A stretch of DNA of 64,000 nucleotides from Alphaproteobacteria bacterium (GTDB taxonomy: Bacteria; Pseudomonadota; Alphaproteobacteria; Rs-D84), in contig JAFURB010000010.1 in NCBI GenBank assembly GCA_017472065.1, positions 270 through 64,269 on the forward strand. Reading direction: 5' to 3'. Under the pieces are notes generated by a model. It did no database searches, was not told the DNA's origin, and was given only the letters and a program-made list of their open reading frames with translations. This document shows, piece after piece, positions 56,718-64,000 of the stretch. Both the position numbers and the translations under genes were made by a program. Position 1 is the first letter of the stretch, and the number at the start of each line of letters is the position of its first letter.

Positions 56718-56740
56718 AATCCGGTTGGGGCTGCCAAAAT
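56718..56740 (+). repeat. Perfect 23-nt direct repeat of the tRNA-Glu 3' end (att-like)
   Basis: AATCCGGTTGGGGCTGCCAAAAT occurs at 56537-56559 (within and just after the tRNA) and again at 56718-56740. Confidence 0.9.
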
Positions 56741-56845
56741 AAACAAATCGGGTTTTATACCCGATTTTTCTTTGTTTTCTAATGCTTGCACGAGTTCGTA
56801 AGTTGACGGTTAAAAAATGCTACCGTTTCACATATTTGCGAACTC
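56718..56845 (+). repeat. Junction J0: tRNA-3'-end copy + hairpin + R2 palindrome
   Basis: tRNA 3' copy, AATCGGGT-TTTA-TACCCGATT+TTTTCTTTGTTTTC, then R2-a ACGAGTTCGTAAGTTGACGGTTAAAAAATGCTACCGTTTCACATATTTGCGAACTC. Confidence 0.8.
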
Positions 56846-56902
56846 TTGTTAGACGTTTTTGCCTTTTTATGGTATAATAAGGTTTAGAAAGGAAATGTTT
56901 AT

Positions 56903-57823
56903 ATGAAATTAACCGACGAACAAAGAATAAAATCAATAAAAAAAATATTACAAATGCAACGTCATCCTGTACATAAGGATAAGGGCGATAAAGCCGATAT
57001 ACTTATCAGCAGAACCAAGAATTACCCAGGCATAACTGAAAAATCTACAGATTTTGAACGTTTTTTTGCGATAAGTGGCAAAGATACATATGAAAGCGGG
57101 CAACAATGGTCGTGTGGAACCGAAGCTAAAACATTTTGTTATCTGAATTCAATACTGCCAAAAAATGAGCAGCTAGAAGTTAAGATCATGATAAGCACGC
57201 ATCCAAATCATCTGATAGACAGCATGGCTAACCATACTTTGCCATGTGTCAAAATGGGTGATGGTAAATGGTATGCACTTGAACCTACCTCTGTCGCAGA
57301 AAATCGAATACGTCACCCAATGTACCCAGACATACCATTTCTCATGGATGAATTGAAAGTTGGGAACCAAATTCATCATATTAAAAAAGGGATGGTGGAA
57401 AGAGGAAATCCACCATATGAAATAACCGCAATTATGTCATGGCAAGAATACGAAGAAAAATGTTCTGATTTTGGCACTTTTCTGAAATATGGATCAAAAC
57501 GTGACAAGAAAACAAAAACCATAATTGCAACAATAGAAACGGTATTGCAGCAAATAAATTCAAATGGGCAAATTGGTAATACTTATAATTTCTGTAAATT
57601 AATGCAAGGTTCTAAATTGCCGATAAAGGTTGTTAAACCTAAAGGTTACGATTTTACAGAATTACTAATAAGCATAAATGGGGAGCTGTATAAATTTGGA
57701 ACGAGGCATAAATATGCTATGATCCAAAAACTACAATACAAGATAGATAAAGAATGGACCATGTCAGATTATGTAAAGTTATATAAACAAAATAGTATCA
57801 ATAAAAACAAAGAACATGAATAG
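56903..57823 (+). CDS. Transglutaminase-like cysteine protease fold protein (cassette 1)
   Basis: QQWSCGTEAKTFCYL (Cys), ~39 aa later NHTLPCVKMGDGKWYALEPT (His...Glu/Asp) fits the C-H-D transglutaminase-core spacing H.w.ev...g.W...DPT. AT-rich gene. Confidence 0.5.
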   Translation: MKLTDEQRIKSIKKILQMQRHPVHKDKGDKADILISRTKNYPGITEKSTDFERFFAISGKDTYESGQQWSCGTEAKTFCYLNSILPKNEQLEVKIMISTHPNHLIDSMANHTLPCVKMGDGKWYALEPTSVAENRIRHPMYPDIPFLMDELKVGNQIHHIKKGMVERGNPPYEITAIMSWQEYEEKCSDFGTFLKYGSKRDKKTKTIIATIETVLQQINSNGQIGNTYNFCKLMQGSKLPIKVVKPKGYDFTELLISINGELYKFGTRHKYAMIQKLQYKIDKEWTMSDYVKLYKQNSINKNKEHE

Positions 57824-57846
57824 TGAGTTTAAAATCAGAATTTATT

Positions 57847-58035
57847 CAAAAACACCTTAACTTCTTTCCTGAACCGCAATAATTCTTTGATTTCATCATC
57901 TCGCAAATTGCACAGATGGCCCTGCCAAAAATCAAAAACACCCGTTTGGGTGTTTTTTTGATTGGATTTCCAATACTTTCACGAGTTCGAAAGTTAGATG
58001 TTGAAAACAGACACTGTTTTGCACATTTACGAACA
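57847..58035 (+). repeat. Junction J1: R1 + hairpin + R2
   Basis: AAAAACACCTTAACTTCTTTCCTGAAC...CGCAAATTGCACAGATGGCCCTGCCAAAAA, ACACCC-GTTT-GGGTGT+T7, R2-b ACGAGTTCGAAAGTTAGATGTTGAAAACAGACACTGTTTTGCACATTTACGAAC. Confidence 0.85.
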
Positions 58036-58071
58036 TTTTCAGAGTAACCACTAAAATAACGAGTTTTGGGT

Positions 58072-58650
58072 TTATTTTGTGATAATCTTTCTGAACTTGA
58101 TTAGATTTGTAATTGTTGGATTTCGCCTAGATATTGGCACATTATATTTAATATCTTCAATTGTGTAATTATTGCGCGTCAATATCGATTTTGACCTTTC
58201 GTTTGTATAAACAACACTGGCGTATAATGATTGTAAATTTAATTGGTTCAGTGAATAATCTTCTATTTTTTTAATCGATTGTGTGGCGACACAAAGCCCC
58301 TCGTTTTCTTGGGAAACCCAAAACCAAATCTCAGCATCGTGCGATATTGGGCTAATATTATCAAGCCCAATCATACCAGCAACAGAATTATCCCGCATAA
58401 TAACAAATGGAGCATCATGTGCACTGTTTGCTATTTTACGTTTTATATTTTTATAATATGTATCAACAACATAGGCAATCATAAACAAAATCGTCTTTGA
58501 AAAGTTTGGCGTCACTTTTTTATTTGCCCAAAAAAAGTAAGATTGCAGGCGCGTGCGATTTGCATCCAAAACACGATAAAAATCATGTGAATGTCGCCAG
58601 AGCAAAGAAAAATCTAGTTTTTTTAATTCTATCTTCATAGTTTGAAGCAT
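58072..58650 (-). CDS. GNAT-family N-acetyltransferase (RimJ/RimL-like; cassette 2)
   Basis: ..VAGMIGLDNISPISHDAEIWFWVSQENEGLCVATQSIKKI..., an Acetyltransf_3-like core. The start is uncertain (ATG 58650 or 58638; the track start 58659 is TTG). Confidence 0.65.
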   Translation of the reverse strand: MLQTMKIELKKLDFSLLWRHSHDFYRVLDANRTRLQSYFFWANKKVTPNFSKTILFMIAYVVDTYYKNIKRKIANSAHDAPFVIMRDNSVAGMIGLDNISPISHDAEIWFWVSQENEGLCVATQSIKKIEDYSLNQLNLQSLYASVVYTNERSKSILTRNNYTIEDIKYNVPISRRNPTITNLIKFRKIITK

Positions 58651-58687
58651 AGCACACAAATACAGTTTGTCAATTTTTATATTTCTC

Positions 58688-58875
58688 TAAAAACACCTTT
58701 GCTTCTTTCCCGAACTGCAGAAAATCGTGGACGGTATCTGTTCGTGAATTGCACAGATGGCCCTGTCAGGAATTAAAACCGACCACACAAGTCGGTTTTT
58801 TCTTTGTTTTCAGGCATTCTACGAGTTCGTAAGTCGGGTGTTAAAAATAGCCACCGTTTTGCACATTTACGAACT
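58688..58875 (+). repeat. Junction J2: R1 + hairpin + R2
   Basis: AAAAACACCTTTGCTTCTTTCCCGAAC...CGTGAATTGCACAGATGGCCCTGTCAGGAAT, AACCGACC-N6-GTCGGTT+TTTTTCTTTGTTTTC, R2-c ACGAGTTCGTAAGTCGGGTGTTAAAAATAGCCACCGTTTTGCACATTTACGAACT. Confidence 0.85.
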
Positions 58876-58939
58876 ATTAAAAATAAAAGGTTAGAAATCT
58901 AACCTTTTTCATGGTTCGTATTTATCGTGGGTATCTGAT

Positions 58940-59710
58940 TTATTTTTCTGCTTCTGCTATTTTCTCTCGTAATTCTGGTTCATTTTGCTGAACAAAATTA
59001 AACGACGTTTCCATAAAATCACAAATATCTTTACGGTTCAGATAAAATTTTTTCATGGTATCAAAAATTAATTCGCCCTTTATTGTCATATCGTAGAAGT
59101 ATGAATAAGCAATATATTTTGGGTGTTCTATTAAATCATTTATGGCTGAATTACGAATAATGGTTTCAACGACTATCTCTGACAACAACCATTTGATATT
59201 TGGAAAATCATATTCAGAAGGATTGTCGTTAAAATGCTTATTCCAGAAATAGAACCAAGCAAAATGGGTTATTTCATGTAATGCCATTGTCATTGCATAT
59301 GTTGGATCAAAATAATGATAAATATCAAAAGTATGTGTTTCAATATCACGCGGGCAAATGGGGTTTAATCCAACCTCAGCAACCATATCATTCAAAATAC
59401 CTCTGCAATCATTATTAAAAGCAGAACTGTATGCACTATTCAATTTGTCTGCTATTTTTTCCCATTCCGCACTAAACATATTTATAGAGTTTTCTATGAT
59501 TGGTTTTCTTTTCCCTGCCTGAATTTTCATTTGTTCAGTAATATATTCAAATCTTTTTTCTTCGGGTAAAGATATGGCATATTCATAATTTAAATCAGGG
59601 TATGCTTTGAACAATTGCTTTTGCCACCAGACAGTCGTTCCGTCTTTCTGGTGGAACAGTATAAAATCTAAATCTCTTTCAAAATCTTTTTGTTGCCAAG
59701 TTAGTTTCAT
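58940..59710 (-). CDS. Hypothetical protein with HExxH motif (cassette 3)
   Basis: 256 aa. MALHEITHFAWFYF contains HEITH. Followed by hairpin terminator AAGGTTAGA-AA-TCTAACCTT (58886-58908). Confidence 0.5.
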   Translation of the reverse strand: MKLTWQQKDFERDLDFILFHQKDGTTVWWQKQLFKAYPDLNYEYAISLPEEKRFEYITEQMKIQAGKRKPIIENSINMFSAEWEKIADKLNSAYSSAFNNDCRGILNDMVAEVGLNPICPRDIETHTFDIYHYFDPTYAMTMALHEITHFAWFYFWNKHFNDNPSEYDFPNIKWLLSEIVVETIIRNSAINDLIEHPKYIAYSYFYDMTIKGELIFDTMKKFYLNRKDICDFMETSFNFVQQNEPELREKIAEAEK

Positions 59711-59764
59711 GTAATAACCTTGTAGTATTTCCCTTAATTATATCACAAAATTTGCATAAATATT

Positions 59765-59870
59765 TTTATTTCTTTCCCGAACGACAACAAATCACGAATA
59801 AAATCATCTCGTGAATTGCACAGATGCCCCTGCCAAAATCAAAGCCACCCGTTTGGGTGGTTTTTATTTT
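59765..59870 (+). repeat. Junction J3: R1 + hairpin, no R2
   Basis: TTTCTTTCCCGAAC...CGTGAATTGCACAGATGCCCCTGCCAAAATC, CCACCCG-TTT-GGGTGG+TTTTTATTTTT. What follows is unrelated to R2. Confidence 0.8.
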
Positions 59871-59907
59871 TGTTAAAGCAGACCCAACCGGATGCGCCAT
59901 AGTGCCG

Positions 59908-61290
59908 TTAAATACGAATTTCTGTATCTATACTTATATTTTTTACAAACATATTATCGTGAGACACAAGTAATATTGCACCACGATATTGATTCAACGC
60001 ATCTTCCAATATACCAATACTTTTGATTTCAAGATTGTTGGTCGGTTCGTCCAATATCAATAAATCAGGTTGTTCAGAACTGCCCAGAACGGCCGCTAAT
60101 GTTGCCTTTAATAATTCCCCACCAGATAATGTCCCGACACACTGTTGCGACGCATCCCCACGAAAACCAAAATTCGCCGCAATCGCATGAGCATCATGCT
60201 TAAGACACCCTGATATTTCCATGATATTTTCAACTATGGTTTTGTTTTTGTCTAAAACGGATAAGTCTTGATTTACATAGGCTATCTTGCCAAAGGTTTT
60301 AACCGTTCCTGAATCTGGCTTTAGTTCGCCACAAATAATTTTTAACAATGTAGATTTTCCAGAGCCATTTTTACCAACCAATCTTATCCTTGATTTTCCA
60401 TACATTGTGAATTCAAAATCTTGGAATATAATTTTATCGCCATACGAATAATACAAGCCAGATATATTTATCAGTTCTTTACTATAAAACGGTTTATTTG
60501 GCATTGGTATTTTAATCGTTTCGTTTCGCATTTGTTCTGACAAAGATTGTTGAATAGATATTTGTTCAACCAATTTCTTTTGAATAATTGCGCGCTTTTT
60601 AGCCTCGGTTTCTTGACTTTTGCCTTTTAGAGCATTTTGTTCCAATCTGCTTCGTCTGGAACTATTTATTTCTTTTTGTTGTTTGAATTCGTGATGCTGT
60701 CGTGTGTTTTGTGCAACAGTTATCGTATTATTCAATCGCGCAATAGATTTCTGGGCATTGGTATATTTTGAATAGATATTGTCAGATTCTATTTTTTTCT
60801 GTTCCAGATAGAAATCATAATTGCCACCATAGACTTTTAATTGCCCATTATGTAATTCGATTATTTTATCCATTTGTTGTAACAGTTCCCGATCGTGCGA
60901 AACAATTACAACACCATTTGGATATGTGTTCAATCGATTAAAAAATACCTGTTTTGCATCTGCATCCAGATTATTGGTCGGTTCATCCAACAGTAAAATA
61001 TCCGCACTTGATTCAAAAGCCCGCATCAGTGCAAACATTTGTTGTTCACCACCGCTTTTGGAATCTGATACATTTATTTGACTTAACATATAAACACTTG
61101 CGTTTTTAGTAACCGCACCAGAATCAGGCAATAAGTCCCCCGCCAACAACCGCAAAAGTGTTGTTTTGCCAGATCCGTTATCGCCAACAATAGCCACGTG
61201 TTCATTGTCGTTAAAGGCAATAGAAGCACTGTCTAATAAATCATTGTCGTTATAACCAAAAGATACATTTGATAAAGAAATTAAAGCCAT
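59908..61290 (-). CDS. ABC-F family ATPase (two ABC domains, no TM; ARE/translation-factor type; cassette 4)
   Basis: Walker A GDNGSGKTT and GKNGSGKST, signatures SGGEQ and SGGEL, charged inter-domain linker. Start trimmed to ATG 61290 after AAGGGG. Confidence 0.85.
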   Translation of the reverse strand: MALISLSNVSFGYNDNDLLDSASIAFNDNEHVAIVGDNGSGKTTLLRLLAGDLLPDSGAVTKNASVYMLSQINVSDSKSGGEQQMFALMRAFESSADILLLDEPTNNLDADAKQVFFNRLNTYPNGVVIVSHDRELLQQMDKIIELHNGQLKVYGGNYDFYLEQKKIESDNIYSKYTNAQKSIARLNNTITVAQNTRQHHEFKQQKEINSSRRSRLEQNALKGKSQETEAKKRAIIQKKLVEQISIQQSLSEQMRNETIKIPMPNKPFYSKELINISGLYYSYGDKIIFQDFEFTMYGKSRIRLVGKNGSGKSTLLKIICGELKPDSGTVKTFGKIAYVNQDLSVLDKNKTIVENIMEISGCLKHDAHAIAANFGFRGDASQQCVGTLSGGELLKATLAAVLGSSEQPDLLILDEPTNNLEIKSIGILEDALNQYRGAILLVSHDNMFVKNISIDTEIRI

Positions 61291-61540
61291 AATAAAACCC
61301 CTTATATTGCAATTAAACGAATACATATTTCTATGTGCGATTTATAAAAATTACAATATTATATACGCATCGGGTTTTATCCTTTGTTTTTATTATAATT
61401 GAATTGTATTATAAATATTTGTTAAAGCAAGAAATTTTATCAATAAACACTTTGATTTCTGGCAGTTCGTAAGTTGGGCCGCAAAAAAACATTGACAAAA
61501 ACAATTTTCGGGACTAGCCTTGTAAAAAAAGATACAGAAA

Positions 61541-61978
61541 ATGCAACAAAAATACAAACTGACACCGGATCAGGCGCGGCGATTCAAAGAACTGCGTAAA
61601 ATGTCCCCTGATGCATACGAAAAAATATGCAAGGGGTGTGGCCTGTGTTGTCTGTGCAAAACCGGTTGTGATGGTTTTACATTATACACCAGGCTGTGTT
61701 GTAATTACCTGGACATAAACACAAAACGATGCAAGATATATAATTCTCGATTAAAAGATCGTGCAAATCAATGCGCCAAGGTTACACCAGAACTGGCATT
61801 GGCGGGCGATTTGGTGCCACGCACATGCGGATATGTAGAATATATTTTCGGTCCTGCAAAAGAACCGATTAATCTGGACTGGTCAAGTGTTGTGCATTGT
61901 GGTAACATGGATGTTGGCGATACATTTACTGCTCTCGGTTATGCCATACTGGATTCAATAAACTGGAAACAAAGATAA
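61541..61978 (+). CDS. YkgJ-family cysteine-cluster (CxxCxxCC) protein
   Basis: CKGCGLCCLCK ... CCNYLD...CKIY, typical of the zinc/iron-chelating YkgJ/UPF0153 family. Confidence 0.65.
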   Translation: MQQKYKLTPDQARRFKELRKMSPDAYEKICKGCGLCCLCKTGCDGFTLYTRLCCNYLDINTKRCKIYNSRLKDRANQCAKVTPELALAGDLVPRTCGYVEYIFGPAKEPINLDWSSVVHCGNMDVGDTFTALGYAILDSINWKQR

Positions 61979-61988
61979 GGAACACATA

Positions 61989-62456
61989 ATGACAAAAGCA
62001 TACAGAATTTCACAAGTTTATGATATTGCAACCGCTTTTATTACAGATGCAGGGTCTTTCGTAGAGATTTCACATAAGGAAAATCATATTCTATACAAAT
62101 TCACGCAAAATCTGTTGAATATGGGAAAATATACATTGACCATTACACAACCAATCGGGGCCGCCGTTAAACCAAGCAAATATGTGCACGATTGGGAGGT
62201 TGACTATAAACAAGGCTTTATCACACTGGATGGAAACGGCGAAAGATTGCTGTTTGCACAGACAAGACATGGTGTTGGCAAAGAAGCAGATAAAAAATCA
62301 TCTGATGTGGAAAAATGGTTGGCACGTGCAAAATCACGCAAGTTCTTTAAGTTGATTAATATGATTAAACAAAGAACATATGGCAATTTACCACTGCAAC
62401 ACAATTCCAAGGAAATATTCAACATTATATATCGATTAAAAGAATTACAAAAATAA
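61989..62456 (+). CDS. Hypothetical protein (155 aa)
   Basis: ORF 10 nt after the previous stop. No family recognised. Confidence 0.4.
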   Translation: MTKAYRISQVYDIATAFITDAGSFVEISHKENHILYKFTQNLLNMGKYTLTITQPIGAAVKPSKYVHDWEVDYKQGFITLDGNGERLLFAQTRHGVGKEADKKSSDVEKWLARAKSRKFFKLINMIKQRTYGNLPLQHNSKEIFNIIYRLKELQK

Positions 62457-62478
62457 ATGCCGCCCGATTGGGCGGTTC

Positions 62479-63678
62479 TTATTTGCGATGCTTGAAATAC
62501 GGTAACATTTTTAATGTAAACCAGCCTGCCAGCATAATTGACGCCGTTATAACAACCAGATACCAACGCAACCACGAATAGCCACCAAACACACCAATAT
62601 ACATTAACCCAATGTATCCAATCCACCGACCGATAAACAGCGCAAAGTCACGAAATACAAAATATTCTATTCTGTGATTTGATGTTACACACTTAGAATT
62701 TGATAATTTATACATATTTACAGAACATAGTTGATCCAAAACAACAATGGATGTCGAATAAATAAAATTATAAATTAAAAATGTTAATGGGGTTGTATGG
62801 AATACAAAAAATGACACACCACACAGAGTTATAAACATACTTGTTAAAATCATATAGGGATAATACCTAGGTTTTCCAAACCGCCCAGACAGCCAAGATG
62901 TTATAATAGAAAACATTGAAAACAATGTGGTAAATATTCCCAGATTCAAATCTGTTTTGAACATATAAACTGTGTACATTGTAATCACAGATGCCAATAA
63001 CCCTGTACCAAAACCACGCATAATTTCCATCGCAAATAAATTACGAATAACAGGAAAACGCAACATACATTGGAAAAAAACACGAAAATCTACTGGATTT
63101 TTACTGCGGTGGCGTGACGGCGATAAAAATAACATCAACCCCAGTTCCAATATCGATAATATCAATAAGAAATGTGCGACCTGAACATATGAACCCGTGT
63201 CTATAAAAAAACCCAGTGTAATTGGAACGAAAACCTTGACCGCATATGATGCGGCCATTTTTGCCCCCATATATGCACCAACATTTTGACGGGTACTTTT
63301 TTCCGCAACCATCAAGTTCATCGGCAAATGATACATCGCAGACCCAATACCATACAAAATCCCCAGTGGAATTACATACTGGGCCACGCGATTTTCTAAT
63401 AAAATAATGCACAACAATAATAAAATCTTGGGGATTAGATTGAGTGCGAATACAGCCACCTTGTTATAACGTTTACACCAATGTGCAAAAAGAAAAAAGC
63501 CCGCACTGGTCGCCGCATATTCAAATAATTTATACACAGACACAGATAAAATCTCGTCTGATGCGATTTGCATTATAAAAGAAATTAAAAAAGTACCCAA
63601 AAATAAATCCGTAACATTTCGCAATGCGGAAAACACAACCAATAATTTCAAATCCCGTGATAATTTGGGTGATGACAT
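62479..63678 (-). CDS. Multi-pass membrane transporter (MFS-like)
   Basis: 399 aa, about 12 hydrophobic segments. No strong motif recognised. Confidence 0.55.
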   Translation of the reverse strand: MSSPKLSRDLKLLVVFSALRNVTDLFLGTFLISFIMQIASDEILSVSVYKLFEYAATSAGFFLFAHWCKRYNKVAVFALNLIPKILLLLCIILLENRVAQYVIPLGILYGIGSAMYHLPMNLMVAEKSTRQNVGAYMGAKMAASYAVKVFVPITLGFFIDTGSYVQVAHFLLILSILELGLMLFLSPSRHRSKNPVDFRVFFQCMLRFPVIRNLFAMEIMRGFGTGLLASVITMYTVYMFKTDLNLGIFTTLFSMFSIITSWLSGRFGKPRYYPYMILTSMFITLCGVSFFVFHTTPLTFLIYNFIYSTSIVVLDQLCSVNMYKLSNSKCVTSNHRIEYFVFRDFALFIGRWIGYIGLMYIGVFGGYSWLRWYLVVITASIMLAGWFTLKMLPYFKHRK

Positions 63679-63791
63679 GTGAATATTCTCTCTCTGGACT
63701 GTACTGCGAACATTATATCATAAAAATCCTACGATTTTAATCACATATATAAAAAATTGACACTACAAGTCTGGCATTATATAATCAAGTC

Positions 63792-63908
63792 ATGAAAAAA
63801 GTATTTCTTATTTTATTCGCAATTATGGTTACCATGGCCGCATGTGGGGTCAAATCTGAACTTAGACACCCAAGTCCGAACTATCCGCGCACATATCCGG
63901 TTTATTAA
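63792..63908 (+). CDS. Small lipoprotein (38 aa), LptM/YifL-like
   Basis: Not in the ORF track. MKKVFLILFAIMVTMAACGVKSELRHPSP.., lipobox then G.K..L..P as in LptM-type lipoproteins. Followed by a terminator. Confidence 0.45.
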   Translation: MKKVFLILFAIMVTMAACGVKSELRHPSPNYPRTYPVY

Positions 63909-63932
63909 AAAATCCCCATTTCGGGGATTTTT
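63907..63932 (+). terminator. Intrinsic terminator
   Basis: AAAAAATCCCC-ATTTC-GGGGATTTTTAT. Confidence 0.7.
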
Positions 63933-64000
63933 ATGAGACATGAGATATGAAGTTGCTTAAATAAATAAAAGTTTAGTGGGGTCACCCCATTGTCATCGCG

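Noticed and set aside
56718-59870. Junction repeats as a CRISPR array or as tRNA pseudogenes
   Set aside because: The units are ~190 nt, separated by 0.6-1.4-kb genes, which is not CRISPR geometry. R1 resembles only the T-arm and 3' acceptor part of a tRNA and lacks a 5' acceptor strand, D-arm and anticodon arm, so it is not a tRNA gene.

Overview
This 64-kb window comes from an AT-rich Gram-negative genome. Gene content and order (groESL, tilS-ftsH, secG-rnc-lepB, ligA, recG, frr-uppS-cdsA-rseP-bamA, lpxI, scattered virB8-like and virB11-like genes) suggest an alphaproteobacterium, possibly host-associated; that is inference only. Housekeeping genes are interleaved with accessory material in four places. 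(1) 35.1-49.7 kb holds a reduced T7-like podovirus structural and lysis module: portal, scaffold, capsid, tail tubular A/B, fibre stub and SleB-type hydrolase. Its large terminase gene is split by a 3.3-kb opposite-strand insert carrying dnaB. birA and a Lys/Ala-rich histone-like gene are embedded in it, and no ejection-core, small terminase, replication or integrase genes are visible. (2) Two further phage-derived loci lie at 17.8 kb (tail-fibre N-domain protein) and 24.5-26.5 kb (MuF-GH108 fusion). These loci and the lysis-structural block are each preceded by a strong sigma70-type promoter followed immediately by intrinsic terminators. (3) Two homologous promoter-to-terminator RNAs (20.0-20.15 kb, minus strand; 23.67-23.89 kb, plus strand) share a three-way CUCC/GGAGG/CCUCC alternative pairing that covaries between the copies. 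(4) 56.5-61.5 kb is a tRNA-Glu-anchored array of single-gene cassettes separated by a composite ~190-nt junction repeat made of a tRNA-3'-end-like arm, a hairpin and an attC-like palindrome. No recombinase is visible in the window. Six tRNAs were found (Lys, His, Ala, Asp, Glu on inspection; no rRNA). No CRISPR array, transposase or integrase was recognised. All coordinates and motifs were read by eye from the sequence and ORF track. No database search was run.
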